Shown here in pieces: positions 34,501-45,300 of a stretch of 56,093 nt of DNA; positions within the stretch are counted from its first letter, which is position 1; the number at the start of each line of letters is the position of its first letter. The position numbers and the translations under genes were made by a program. The stretch lies in IMG/VR virus record IMGVR_UViG_3300005805_000110, positions 1 to 56,093 of that record. The stretch is one strand, 5' to 3'. The notes below the pieces were generated by a model. That model was not told where the DNA came from, ran no database searches, and saw nothing but the letters and a program-made list of their open reading frames with translations. This stretch comes from a virus. Lineage: Duplodnaviria > Caudoviricetes.

Positions 34501-36234
34501 TGGTATAATTTGGTCCCAAGACTAGATTTAAATTTGATTGCATCTAAAAATGAATATAATGTTGATTATGAGGTAATTGAAAACAACAAAATATCATTTG
34601 TCAATAACATATTGAATGGAAGAAAATTGATCGTTGGAGTTGAATCGAGTACATTTAGTTTTAATAATGAGTATAATTATGAATCAAATACTTATACACA
34701 AGGACAATCTTATATAGAGTATATTACAAATTCTACAAATGAAGTTGGCGAGATCGCAAGTATAAATGTGACCTCTAGTGGAATGAGATATCAAAGACTA
34801 CCATCAATTTCTACTATATCTTCTTCTACTGGCAGTGGAGCAATATTGTTACCAAAAAGTGAATCTATTGGAAAAATAAATTCAATGAATATTGTCGATA
34901 TTGGATATAATTATCCTATCGACAATACAATTAAACCATTAATTAAATATCCCACAATAATGAGAGTAATTCCACTCTCGGCATTGAAGTCTATTGATGT
35001 TATCTCTCCAGGATTAAATTATAGCACAACTCCAGATTTAGTATTGATAGATGGCTTTACAAATGAAATTGTCGATGATGTAGTTTTAAACTATGATATG
35101 CCATCATTCAAAGTTGATATAGTAAAAAATACGACTGGCATTTATAATGTTACACCAAAAATTATAGCAATAAACAACTCAAATGGACTTGGAATAAGTT
35201 CTGTTAATTATGAATCTTCAAGTAAAATTGTAAAAGCATATTTAACAAAACAATTTAGTAGTCCTGCCGATTTTCCATTTAGTATAGGTGAAAATGTATT
35301 GATTGAAGGTATTTCTATATTAGAATCAAATAAAAAGGGATATAATTCCAAAGATTATAATTATTCACTATTTCCTATAGTTGGTTTAAATACTAGTACT
35401 GGTGGTTCTAATGCATATGTTGAATATTCTTTAGAAGGAAAATTAACCGAAGGTACTATAGGTACTTTTGATTCTAGAAATTCTTTAGGACAAATTATTC
35501 CAGAAAGATTTTTACCTACTTTTAAAATTACTTTATCCAAAAATTCATTTATTGTAGGAGAAAAAGTAACCGTTGGTACAGATGTGCAAGGAAACGTAAC
35601 AAAGTTTGATGAAAAAAATGAATTTTTAACTATAGAAACAAAAGATGATTTTATTGTAGATTCATTAGTAGTTGGAAATACTTCAAAATCTCAAGCATTT
35701 GTTAAAGAAATTTTTGAAAACGAAGATTTTTGTGAAATCGGTTCTTCTTCTATTGTCAAAAATGGTTGGAAAAGAGAAACTGGATTTTTAAACAATGACT
35801 TACAAAGAGTTCAGGATAGCGATTATTATCAAAAATTCTCATACTCTTTAAAATCAGAAATTCCAATACAAGAATGGAATGATGTAGTAAGTAACCTAAA
35901 TCATACTTTAGGATTTAAAAAATTCAGTGATTTAATTATAGACTCTTCATCGGATATTTCTGGTATTCAAACATCACAAACTGCAGGATCTTTCTCTGCA
36001 ATATGTGACTTAAATAGTACTGTAGATGTTGACTGTATACAAGACTATGATCTGGTAGCAGAAAATAGCCTTTACGTAAATGATATATTGACATCTGATG
36101 AAATTATATTTAATTCCACACTTTTACAAGATTATTCAGAATCTATTGGTAATAAGGTTTTGATTATAGATGATATAAGTGCAGAATTTAATAAATCGGA
36201 AAATAGAACATCTGTAACCTCATTTAACATATAA
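28555..36234 (+). CDS. gp7: very large baseplate wedge initiator (gp7-like) with repeated beta modules and a YHYH-like segment
   Basis: position after gp6; FYTSKGTDRSFEILFRVLYG; QDSDYYQKFSYSLKS; SPLLGWAYDGNPIYGPYG...DLDEHNGRF. Confidence 0.8.
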   Translation: METNKIKISSIVESQLPLFVREEYPLVSELLTEYYRSLESKGSSYDILQNIDQYVKVNNLANLIEKTRIIADVSFSSDVIQVDNTNGFPQTYGIIQINNEIILYKSKSENTFNECVRGFSGITEYSVGNSEDLSFTSTEIQEHPNGSEVINLSALFLKEFFIKVKKQFTYGFDNRELYTDVNQNLFLKQSKDFYTSKGTDRSFEILFRVLYGKDVEVILPRDYLIEPSNAQYRVTRNFVVEPLQGNIQDLLNKTVFQNQYGDIPKSFGTVADIQKTIRNEKEYYTLMLDYDFDKDINVSGSIFGDLKIHPKTMILDDVQISSDNIIVDSTIGFPESGELKIENDDISLIVTYSGKTINQFLNCSNVDQLIPFGSDVSLNTYAYGYDSEGNEIKFRFTGVVEDVTLPTNSKYYEKGDSAKLLTLGYNKNYLKDNNWIFNTRVKCKVKSLTSNGEFKYTIETYDDNGIYEGDSVRIEYINSSTGTREISVIDKVRIPTGSSPGKICQIQTNGFNISSILYIEKIISKFSNKFVSDVLNVYRDFNSGEVYTTSASLPSYGSYSDENVEDFKVTLNGRFSGETLRIVNNGQSHGFLTGDPVLYLAEDESSQNNRLNIPSGIYFAKKISNTQIKLARSKSDIKFERFVSVGATTLTNSTNTISLAKFAKKNNIPSEIDNQNLVKVIKSPENDGKKYETISGTTGILVNGVEILNYKSDDFIYYGPIKSVDIISPGNNYDVINPPQLEILSASVGLSSALGYCGVEGSLQKINIIDGGFDYIETPVITITGGGGEGATAIAKMENYEHFVDFNPSSSNTRFNLVGLAGTNIIGFSTYHKFRDNESIVYLPGENTAVGGLSTEAKYYIKVIDGYRIKLYETSINSITDTNPINITSYGSGNQRFKSTTIKKKVGSIIVNNQGSGYKSKRILVPSSGINTSTDTIEVYDNPYNSGDIIYYYGGNQNISGLSTGRYIVTKIDEDSFKLSSIGIGSTSPNFFYETKQYINFKSRGSGNHLFDYEPVSVIISGKIGISTLSEVSGNATVQPIFRGKVVSSFIYRGGVGYGSSEIINYNKQPEYNLKSGNGASIKPIVSNGKIIDIIISEKGSEYNSPPDLVIKGFGVGASLVPIIQNGQIVEVKILSGGIGYEQKNTSIEVLPAGSGAKLNFNLQIWTINKFQRLLQTSKLALNDSVVFVGNDKEYGLEYTHLYAPRSLRKKVFCKDVDDGKEIYRSDYQNDFESKKYHSPLLGWAYDGNPIYGPYGYDSTTNKTVRLIESGYLDPIDNQANRPNKNTFPAGYFVEDYKFNNQGDLDEHNGRFCVTPEFPNGTYAYFMTLESTEPNQTSGFFAGNKKPRFPYIIGNSFKSKPIDFNFNRVNQSTFDFTKDSIVRNTKPYNTSSKTSIYKFFDRISDPELQNFKVDSTNRGSISSVQIISGGENYKSGDRVIFNNENSGGFSASAKVDYVKGKSVSAISQSTIKIQDVEFYPSDDTNKIVGFSTVPHELSNGDLVFLDSLSNYDPFLKKSFNIESRSNNFVLVLDVDDASVTGFTTYFYVSGFLEYPSIRENDILSINSEKVKVLNIDKDSGRIRVLREQDSTVSTAHSAFITTLQENPRKFFITLENRAKNQNYKLNRELYFDPNEALGIGTYAGLEYTLTFSNPGVGITSLIIPQKSIFLKDHGLNTGDQIKYKANNGESILVSTDGSNNFNLDETSDLYVAKISNDLIGISTVKVGLGTTGSFVGISQTASTLFFVGIGTGDHHSFQTTFDNLSKGNVIRNRVTVSTASTHSLQRGDNIELKVLSGLTTTIFVKYDDYNRRLVVNPRDFSSIDLENNLITITNHKYTNGQKLIHTSSSPASGLENEAFYYAIVYDDDRIRLATSYYNSINQDFINIETSSFGTLSEINPKISVIKNQKVVIDLSDSSLSQPSGIGSVSAFDFEFYTDQSFSSNYFPIGVNGISKISRFGEIGVSPSARVEFTIDEDFPNEIWYNLVPRLDLNLIASKNEYNVDYEVIENNKISFVNNILNGRKLIVGVESSTFSFNNEYNYESNTYTQGQSYIEYITNSTNEVGEIASINVTSSGMRYQRLPSISTISSSTGSGAILLPKSESIGKINSMNIVDIGYNYPIDNTIKPLIKYPTIMRVIPLSALKSIDVISPGLNYSTTPDLVLIDGFTNEIVDDVVLNYDMPSFKVDIVKNTTGIYNVTPKIIAINNSNGLGISSVNYESSSKIVKAYLTKQFSSPADFPFSIGENVLIEGISILESNKKGYNSKDYNYSLFPIVGLNTSTGGSNAYVEYSLEGKLTEGTIGTFDSRNSLGQIIPERFLPTFKITLSKNSFIVGEKVTVGTDVQGNVTKFDEKNEFLTIETKDDFIVDSLVVGNTSKSQAFVKEIFENEDFCEIGSSSIVKNGWKRETGFLNNDLQRVQDSDYYQKFSYSLKSEIPIQEWNDVVSNLNHTLGFKKFSDLIIDSSSDISGIQTSQTAGSFSAICDLNSTVDVDCIQDYDLVAENSLYVNDILTSDEIIFNSTLLQDYSESIGNKVLIIDDISAEFNKSENRTSVTSFNI

Positions 36235-36240
36235 CTCAAC

Positions 36241-39200
36241 ATGACAACTAAAGTTAGATCAAAAAAGTTTTTTCTCGCAGTTCAGGACACTAGATTTGAA
36301 GATAGAGTTCAGTCTTCTGTGTTGTCATTGTTGACTGATGGAAATGAGATAAATTTAAATCAATATGGAAAAATTTTTACAGAGGATGACCTTGGAAGTT
36401 TTGATGTAACCAAAAACAATGATCAAGCACTACTGGAATTTTATCCATTAGATGGAAGAAAAACTGAATATCAATATAGTTTTATATCATACGATACTAA
36501 GCAAAATATTTTTGATTTCGATTCATATGACTTTGGTAATACAGTAAGTGTTGCATCTACATTTTCTGCTGTTGGATCCGCATCTTCTTCAATTGTATAT
36601 AAAGTTCCATCAAATTTTACTTCATCCAAAATTTTAGTTGAATTATCTTCAAGTTCTGGTTTAAACTATGAGTATAATGAAATTAACTTAGTATTTGATG
36701 GATCCAACATTTATTCTTCAGAGTTTGGTAGAATAACCATATCAGATGACCCAGATAAAATTATTTCAGGAATTGGAACTTATGAGTTAGTTCAGTCAGC
36801 CTCTGGATTGGATTTAGTTTTTTATTCAAATATTTCAGAATCACTCAATTGTAACGCATTAGGTGTTTCTATTGCAAACAAAGATCTTACAACAGTTAGT
36901 TCTAAACAACTAAAATATGCTGATATAGGATCTAAAAATGTATCCATATCAGCATCGCCTTCACCAACTAGTCAACTTGTTACTTCATACCCATCAAATT
37001 ATAATTTCGGATATTTTATTGTCCAAATAACTGATAATACAAATAATAAAATTCAACTTTCAGAAATTGCAATACTCAATAATGAAATAACATCGACTAT
37101 TATTGAGTATAGTAATTTATATTCTGATGCATCATTAGGTTCTTTTGATTCTGCCGTTTCTTCTTCCATAGAATTATTATTTACACCAAATCCAGATATT
37201 GATGTTTCTATTACTTTACTTCAACATTCTGTTTCATACTTAGAATTCTCTTCTTCTCCCACTTCTATTGATTTTAAAAATTCTGAAATAAGTACAGGAA
37301 TAAGCAAATTTTCTTTAAGTAGTGATTCTAATTTTAAAAAAGAGTTTGAATTGAATCATAAATTTGCTCCAATTTTTGAAAAAAGATTTAATGGTTCTGA
37401 AGAATATACCTCTACCAATTTATCCGGAGTAGACTTGACAAGGGATTTAATTTATATTCCTGGTCACTTTTTTACTAGTGGAGAAAAAGTTACTTATAGA
37501 TCAGAGTTATTTTCATTTGTAGAGTTATTATCAACTCAAACATCATCTCCTGCAGGAATAGGCACTAATAAAATAGTCGTTGATTCTACATTAGGAATTA
37601 AAGTAAATGACTATTTTGGAGATACATACATTCCGATTACTGAAATAAGTTCAAATACAGTATCTCTTGCTAGCACAATTTCATCAGAAATATTTGTAGG
37701 AGCTGCTGTCACTTTTTATGGACTATTTGAATCAGATTCTTCGACCAGTTCAACTTCTACTAGCGTTGGAATTGTAACTACATATATTTCTGGGATTGGT
37801 TTAACTGATAAACTATCTGGAGAACTTTATGTCTATAAGTATGATACTAAGTTTATTGGTTTGTGCACTTCTCCATCTGATGCACTATCAACAACTCCAA
37901 GTTTAATTGATTTAAATTCAGTTGGAATTGGTGATAATCATTATATTACTGCAACAAATCATGATTCAAGGTGTATTATTCTTATCGATAACGTTATTCA
38001 GTCTCCTATAGTATCTACGGGAGTAACAGCATCCATTGAAAATGATTTAGGAATTTTAGATACAACTTTATATTTTTCTGGAATAAGTTCCTTTTTTAGT
38101 GGAAATTTGATAAAAATAGATAATGAAATTATGAAAATAACTTCGGTTGGTGTCGGAAGCACTACATCTGTTGAAGTTGAGAGGCCTCTTTTAGGAACAG
38201 TTTTATCTACACACTCCAAAAATTCTCTGATAACCAAATTAAAAGGAAATTATAATATATTAAGAAACAAAATATATTTCTCAGAAGCGCCATATGGACC
38301 AATATATGATGAAGTAAATGGAGATATTAATATTAGGTCAACTTTCCAAGGAAGGGTTTTCTTAAGATCTGGAATTTCTGGGTCAAATGAAAGTACTTAC
38401 GAAAAAAATTACATCTTTGATGATATAAGTTCTGAATTTAATGCAGTAAAAAGAGATTTTTCATTAACTTCTCTAAATCAAAATATTACAGGATTTTCTA
38501 CTTCTAATTCTATACTATTGATCAATAATATATTCCAAAGTCCAGAAGATGATTACAATTTATCAGAACCTTCTGCAAATACTGAACTCAATTTCACAGG
38601 AACTGCTACATCAGCACTTTATGATCCAAATAATGCAGGAGTCCCTAGAGGTGGCGTAATAGTATCCTTTGGATCAAGTAATGGATTTGGGTATCAATCA
38701 TTAGTATCTGCTGGAGGGACTGCCATAGTATCCATAGCAGGGACAATACAGTCAATTAGTATTGGAAATAGTGGTTCTGGATATAGATATGGTTCTCAAC
38801 CTATTGTACGTGTTGGTGTTCAAACTTCAAGTACAGGTATTCCAAATATAGAATATGTTGGCATTGCATCAATTGCAAATGGAAATATTGTTAGTGTTGC
38901 TATAACAAATCCTGGAGGTGGATATACTGCATCAAATCCACCTCAAGTTGTTTTTGATGCACCATTATCATATTCAAACCTCAACTTAATACACACTTCA
39001 TCAAGTAGTGGTATTGGGTCTCAAGCAAAAATTGATATTGTAGTTGGACAAGGATCTAGTGTTATAGATTTTACAATCACTAATTATGGGTATTCATATA
39101 AGGAAGGTGATATATTAACGATAGAATCTGGAGGATTGAGTGGAATACCTACTGATACTTCAAAACCATTTGATCCCTTTTTAATCACAGTCGAAAAAAC

Positions 39201-40737
39201 TTACACTGATAGTTTTAGTGGGTGGTCAGTAGGAGAACTTCAAAAATTAGATGATATTGACTCATTATTTGATGGATTTAGAAGAACTTTTCCGATTAGT
39301 AATAATACAAATAGATTTGCAATAATTTCAAGAAATGGATCTGATATAGATTTAAAATCGGTTTTACTAATTTTTATCAATGATGTTTTACAAGAACCCG
39401 ATGTTGCATATACTTTTACTGGAGGGAGTTTAATTACATTTACCGAAGCACCAAAAAGTGGAGATAAATGTAAAATAATTTTTTATAAGGGAACTCCAGG
39501 TATTGACGTTGTTGATGTGGATATACTAGAAACTATTAAAATTGGAGATACTTTAGAGATTATTGGAGATGAATATCAATTAAAAGAAAAAAATAGACTT
39601 GTAACTGATATTATTCTACCTGATACATTGGAAACAAATCCATATAATTCTGTAGGAATTACTTCAAATATTGAATTCTTAAGACCAGTAAAGTGGTGCA
39701 AGCAAAGAAATGATACAATGATTGGTGGAATTGAAATTAACAAAAACAGAATAAATTATGAACCTAATATTTTTCCTCTAAGTAATTTAATTCAATCAGT
39801 TGGTATTGGATCGACTGAAATTTTTGTAGATTCTGTCAAGACTATATTTGATCCAGAAAATGAAAATATTTCGGCAGATTTTATCAGTAAAATTGAAATA
39901 ATAGATAATACAACATTATCTGTTGCAATAGCAACTGCTATAGTTTCTTCTGGTGGAACAATACAATCGGTGGATATAATTAGTGGTGGAATTGGATATG
40001 GAATAACTCCTTCCGTTTCTATTCAAAATCCTATTGGTATTGGATCAATAGGAAGAGCATCTTTAAATGCTTCCATTACATCCGGTACAGTTACCTCTAT
40101 TGATGTTTCTTCTGCAGGTTATGGATATACATACACAAATCCACCTATAATTTTAATAGAACCACCAACTTTAACTAAAGAATATATTGAAGGTGTTTCT
40201 TACTCTGGAGATTTTGGAATAATTACTGGTATTAATACCACTAGTGTTGGATTGGCTTTAACCGGTTTGGTATTTGACTTATATATACCACAAGATTCCT
40301 ACTTAAGAGATTCATTTGTAACAAATCCAACTATAAATGAGAGTGAAATAAAGCAGGGATATTACTTTAAAGTATCAAACTCCAATGTTGGCAATGGTGT
40401 TACTTCTTTAAGGAATGATGGAACTATAATTGGAATAGGAACAACAGGATTAGATAATGTATATCAAGTTATTTCAGTTTCTACAGGAACTACAGATGTG
40501 TATGGAGTAGGTAGTGCCACGGTTGTTAAAGTAACAGTGAGCGTTTCTAATTATAATGGATTGTCTGGTATTGGATATAGTTCTTACTATGGCGATTATA
40601 GTTGGGGACTTATAAATGTTCCGAATACTATTAATGCCTTCTCTGTTAATAGTGATTATGGAATTGTTGGCCTAAATAGCACTCCTATTGTAAGAAGATA
40701 TAATGAGTTGGCAATTGAAAATTATAATAGTCTATAA
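36241..40737 (+). CDS. large virion structural (baseplate/fibre-associated) protein
   Basis: 1498 aa, S/T/G-rich, repeated I.NxGxGY motifs, located between gp7 and gp8. Confidence 0.75.
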   Translation: MTTKVRSKKFFLAVQDTRFEDRVQSSVLSLLTDGNEINLNQYGKIFTEDDLGSFDVTKNNDQALLEFYPLDGRKTEYQYSFISYDTKQNIFDFDSYDFGNTVSVASTFSAVGSASSSIVYKVPSNFTSSKILVELSSSSGLNYEYNEINLVFDGSNIYSSEFGRITISDDPDKIISGIGTYELVQSASGLDLVFYSNISESLNCNALGVSIANKDLTTVSSKQLKYADIGSKNVSISASPSPTSQLVTSYPSNYNFGYFIVQITDNTNNKIQLSEIAILNNEITSTIIEYSNLYSDASLGSFDSAVSSSIELLFTPNPDIDVSITLLQHSVSYLEFSSSPTSIDFKNSEISTGISKFSLSSDSNFKKEFELNHKFAPIFEKRFNGSEEYTSTNLSGVDLTRDLIYIPGHFFTSGEKVTYRSELFSFVELLSTQTSSPAGIGTNKIVVDSTLGIKVNDYFGDTYIPITEISSNTVSLASTISSEIFVGAAVTFYGLFESDSSTSSTSTSVGIVTTYISGIGLTDKLSGELYVYKYDTKFIGLCTSPSDALSTTPSLIDLNSVGIGDNHYITATNHDSRCIILIDNVIQSPIVSTGVTASIENDLGILDTTLYFSGISSFFSGNLIKIDNEIMKITSVGVGSTTSVEVERPLLGTVLSTHSKNSLITKLKGNYNILRNKIYFSEAPYGPIYDEVNGDINIRSTFQGRVFLRSGISGSNESTYEKNYIFDDISSEFNAVKRDFSLTSLNQNITGFSTSNSILLINNIFQSPEDDYNLSEPSANTELNFTGTATSALYDPNNAGVPRGGVIVSFGSSNGFGYQSLVSAGGTAIVSIAGTIQSISIGNSGSGYRYGSQPIVRVGVQTSSTGIPNIEYVGIASIANGNIVSVAITNPGGGYTASNPPQVVFDAPLSYSNLNLIHTSSSSGIGSQAKIDIVVGQGSSVIDFTITNYGYSYKEGDILTIESGGLSGIPTDTSKPFDPFLITVEKTYTDSFSGWSVGELQKLDDIDSLFDGFRRTFPISNNTNRFAIISRNGSDIDLKSVLLIFINDVLQEPDVAYTFTGGSLITFTEAPKSGDKCKIIFYKGTPGIDVVDVDILETIKIGDTLEIIGDEYQLKEKNRLVTDIILPDTLETNPYNSVGITSNIEFLRPVKWCKQRNDTMIGGIEINKNRINYEPNIFPLSNLIQSVGIGSTEIFVDSVKTIFDPENENISADFISKIEIIDNTTLSVAIATAIVSSGGTIQSVDIISGGIGYGITPSVSIQNPIGIGSIGRASLNASITSGTVTSIDVSSAGYGYTYTNPPIILIEPPTLTKEYIEGVSYSGDFGIITGINTTSVGLALTGLVFDLYIPQDSYLRDSFVTNPTINESEIKQGYYFKVSNSNVGNGVTSLRNDGTIIGIGTTGLDNVYQVISVSTGTTDVYGVGSATVVKVTVSVSNYNGLSGIGYSSYYGDYSWGLINVPNTINAFSVNSDYGIVGLNSTPIVRRYNELAIENYNSL

Positions 40738-40743
40738 AGTCTA

Positions 40744-40750
40744 ATAAATA
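40744..40750 (+). promoter_or_regulatory. T4-type late promoter
   Basis: ATAAATA upstream of gp8. Confidence 0.65.
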
Positions 40751-40769
40751 TAAAAAAAACTATAAATCA

Positions 40770-42311
40770 ATGTCTGCGATTATAACAGATCAATTCAGAA
40801 TATTAAGTGCGGAGAATTTTTTAACCTCTATTGCATCGACTTCAAATAGTTACTATTCTTTTGTAGGGTTAACAAATTCGGTTGATTATAAATCTGACTG
40901 GGAAACTTCTCCATTGGATCCCATAGATTCATTTGACAATTATAATGATATTTGGGATACAATAGTTGCGTTGAAAAAAATAAACTCAAATGATGTTAGA
41001 CAAGTTGTAAGAAAAATAACTTGGACATCTGGAAATACTTATGATATGTATAGACATGACATAAGTAGAAATAATCTATCAAAACCTTCCAGTAAAACGA
41101 GTTTATATGAGTCTAATTTCTATGTCATGAATAGTGATTATAGAGTTTATATTTGTCTTCAAAATGGAACAGATCCAGAAAATCCAAATGGAAGGCCTTC
41201 ATTAGATGAACCAACTTTTACAGATCTGGAACCAAAATCTGCAGGTGTTAGTGGAGATGGATATATTTGGAAGTATCTATATACCATAAAACCTAGTGAT
41301 ATTGTAAAATTTGAATCTCTTGACTATATGCCAACACCAAAAGATTGGTTAACAAGTGAGGAAAGTTCTTCTATAAGAAATAATGCAGATCCTGCGGTTA
41401 GTGGTCAAATTAAGATAATTACGATTACTAATAGAGGAAGTGGTTTATCAAATTCTTTAATAACTTATACTAATGTACCAATTGTAGGTGACGGATCTGG
41501 AGCAGAGGCTACAATTGTTATTGGAAATGATGGAACGGTTGAATCGATTGATGTTACTAATGGTGGACAAAATTATACTTACGGTACTGTAGATTTGAGT
41601 AGTGCAGGAATATCAGGATCACTTTTACCAACTTTTGACGTAATTATTCCTCCTCCGGGTGGACATGGAAAAAATGTATACAGTGAACTTGGGGCAAAAA
41701 ATGTCTTAGTCTATTCTAGAATAGAAAATGATAATTTAAATCCCGATTTTGTTACCGGAAATAAAATAGCAAGAGTTGGAATAATTAAAAATCCAGAATC
41801 TTTTGATTCCTCCACTATTTTGATGGATGCAAAAGCAAGTAATACATACGCAATCAAGCTAACAGGCAATTTTAGTTCTGCATCATTTGATCCAAATTCC
41901 ACTATTACACAAACAATATCTGGAGTAGGAACTGCAGTTGGTAGAGTTGTTTCATATGATAATAAAACTGGAGTTTTAAAGTATTGGCAAGATAGGACTA
42001 ATGTTGGATTTCAAACTGGAAATAGTTCTCTTGGATTTTCTCCAGACTTTGGTTATGATTTAATTAGATTTTCTTCTTCTGGCGGAACAGTGAACGGCAG
42101 CATAAATAATTTATCAATAGATGTAGGTTTTACTGGATTCACTACAACTATAAACATGATGACATACAATCTTGGGCAATACTTTACTAATGGTATATCA
42201 AGTCCAGAAGTTAAAAAGTATTCGGGAGAAATGATTTACATTGATAATAGACCATCTATTACCAGGTCAATAAATCAAAAAGAAGATATTAAAGTCATTT
42301 TGCAATTCTAA
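40770..42311 (+). CDS. gp8: baseplate wedge subunit gp8
   Basis: MSAIITDQFRI, YRVYICL, DGYIWKYLY, IYIDNR..ITRS.NQKEDIK. Confidence 0.92.
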   Translation: MSAIITDQFRILSAENFLTSIASTSNSYYSFVGLTNSVDYKSDWETSPLDPIDSFDNYNDIWDTIVALKKINSNDVRQVVRKITWTSGNTYDMYRHDISRNNLSKPSSKTSLYESNFYVMNSDYRVYICLQNGTDPENPNGRPSLDEPTFTDLEPKSAGVSGDGYIWKYLYTIKPSDIVKFESLDYMPTPKDWLTSEESSSIRNNADPAVSGQIKIITITNRGSGLSNSLITYTNVPIVGDGSGAEATIVIGNDGTVESIDVTNGGQNYTYGTVDLSSAGISGSLLPTFDVIIPPPGGHGKNVYSELGAKNVLVYSRIENDNLNPDFVTGNKIARVGIIKNPESFDSSTILMDAKASNTYAIKLTGNFSSASFDPNSTITQTISGVGTAVGRVVSYDNKTGVLKYWQDRTNVGFQTGNSSLGFSPDFGYDLIRFSSSGGTVNGSINNLSIDVGFTGFTTTINMMTYNLGQYFTNGISSPEVKKYSGEMIYIDNRPSITRSINQKEDIKVILQF

Positions 42312-42320
42312 TTAAAAGTC

Positions 42321-45300
42321 ATGCCTCAAGAAACTAATCTCAACGTATCACCTTATTTTGACGATTTTGACATTAATAAAGGATACTATAAAGTCCTTTT
42401 TAAACCAGGATATCCAGTTCAAGCTAGAGAACTTACTACTATACAATCCATACTACAAAATCAAATTGAACAATTTGGCAATCATATTTTCAAAGAAGGA
42501 TCTGTTGTCATTCCGGGAAATATAGTTTATAAAAATGATTTAAACAGTGTTATTGTAGAAGAAAGTTATCAAGGAGTTCCTTCATATTATTATCTTGATA
42601 GTTTGTTGGGTTCAAGAATAAGAGGTCAGACGAGTGGAGTAACGGCAACTCTTGAAAATTACATAAAATCTGGAAACGGTGTAGAGAAAACAACTTTATT
42701 TGTAAAGTATCTATCATCTGATACTGAAACGAATTCGCAAAGAACTTTTCTAAACGGAGAAACTTTACTATTAGATCAAAATGCGGAAGTATTAGATCCA
42801 AATACGGTAGATGATGATGATGAACCTTCCGAACTTTTAATTCAAAGTGGTGAAGCATTTGCAAACATAGTTTCTGAGAATGCAATATCTTTAGGATCTG
42901 CTGTTTATTTGGAGGAGGGAGTTTATTTCCTTCGTGGATATTTTGTAAACGTTCCTACAAGTATTTTATACCTAGATCCATACTCCAATTTTCCAAGTGC
43001 TAAGGTTGGATTTAGAATATATGAAGATATAAAAACAGTAGTTGATGATGATACATTATATGATAACGCACAAGGATTTTCCAATTACTCTGCACCTGGA
43101 TCCGATAGATTTTCTATTTTTGTAAAACTAGATCAAGTTCCATTAGATTCTAATGATACTGATAATTTTGTTCAGTTATTAGAAGTTAATGGTGGACAAC
43201 TCATAAGTTTAAGAAACACACCAGAATATAACATATTATCACAAGAACTTGCAAGAAGAACATTTAATGAGTCTGGAAATTATTACGTAAATCCTCCAAT
43301 TGTAAGAGTTAATGAGAGTCTGAATGATTTTAAAGGCAATAATGGATTATTTAATGAAAATCAATTAACATATGAGGACAATGTTCCCAATGAAAACCTA
43401 GGAACTTATAGCGTTTCCCCACTTATAGCATATGTAAGTGGATTTGAAATTGAAAGAATTAGTACATCACTTTTAGATTTTCCCAAACCAAGAGATACAA
43501 AAACATTAGTTGACCAAAGTATAAATTATTTTACTGGACCAACATTAACTCTAAACAGAGTGTATGGTTCGCCTATAGTTAGTATTGCAAATACTTATTA
43601 TGTAAGTCTTAGAGATAGTAGAGTAGGAGTATCTCCAACGTCTGCACCAGGAAACGAAATTGGTCTTGCCAGAGTTTACGATTTTGCTTTGGAGTCTGGT
43701 TCATATACAACATCAAATCCAGATGAAAATCAGTGGGACATTGCACTTTATGATATTCAAACTTATACTACTTTGACACTAAATGAACCAATAACTTTAG
43801 ATACTCCAACTCACATTAAAGGAAAAGAAAGCGGTGCTGTTGGGTTCTTAAGATATGATGTTTCCTCCGGATTAGCTCTTACAGTTTATACAACGAATGG
43901 AAGTTTTTCACTAGGAGAAAAACTTATTTTTGATGGAGTAGAAAATACAAGAGTGACAAGATCAGTAAAAAGTTATGGTATATCTGATGTAAAATCACTT
44001 TATGGTGTAGTTGGAAGTGCTTATACTTTTACTGCAGATACTATTCAAGTTCCATCAATTCAAGTAGGTCAAGTAGAAATAACAGAAGAATCTTCTGGAA
44101 TTAGTACGGTAACAACGACAAATACTTTCTTTTCAGGTGTCGTTGATGTAGGCAATTTAGTTGCATTCTCAAATCCAGGATCTGAGGTAAACAATTTTGC
44201 AAAGGTATTGTCAGTATCCGATAGATCTTTGACAATTGGTGGAGTAACTAGTGTTGCTGGAGTATGTGAAGGTTCTCTTCCACTATCCACAATAAATCCA
44301 TCAGATTTTAGAATTATTAGCACACCTTTACAGTCATCAGAAGATAATTCTTTATATACACTATTACCAAAGTCTTATATTTCTAATGTAGATTTAACAA
44401 AATCTCAATTAACCATAAGAAAACAATTTGATGTTACAATATCATCAAATTCAACTGGAACAATAACTGCAGAATCTAATGAAACATTTTTACCATTTGA
44501 TGAAGAGAGATATGCTTTAATAAGAGAAGATGGTGTTACTGAAGCACTAGATGCCGATAAATTTGAATTTACTTCCGGTTCAAATTCTTTATCGATTAAT
44601 GGTCTTTCTGGTAATGGAAATGCAAAATTAATAGCAACACTTAGAAAAATAAATGTAAAATCCAAAACTAAAAATAGAAATAGAATAAAGACGCTTATTA
44701 TTGACAAATCAAATAATTCTTCTTCTGGAATTGGATCAACTACTTTAAATGATGGACTTCTATATGGAAATTATCCTTATGGAACCAGAGTACAAGACGA
44801 AGAGATTTGTTTACTTGAGCCAGACGTAACTAAAATATATGGAATATTTGAATCTAATGATTTTTCTACTCCAGATATTCCATCTTTAATATTGACTTCT
44901 TTAAATGGAATTACAGGAAAAACTGGTGATCTTTTGGTTGGTGAGGAATTTATTGGCGAAAGAAGCAATTCTATTGGTATTTACGTAGAAAAGATTAATG
45001 ACTTATCAGTAGGATTTAATTATTTAAATTCCAATTCATTTATTGTAGGAGAAACGATAAGATTTAGAGAATCCGGTATTACTGCAACTATTGTATCTCT
45101 GGGAACTGGTGATAATGATATCAGTTCTTCGTTCAATTTTGATTCAAATCAAAAAGAAACAATTTATGATTACTCTAAGTTAATTAGACGTAAAAATGCA
45201 AAAAAACCGACAAAAAAATTAAAAATTGTTTTAGAATCTGCAAGTTTTTCAAATTCTGATGATGGAGATATAACAACAATAAATTCATACAATCAGTTTA

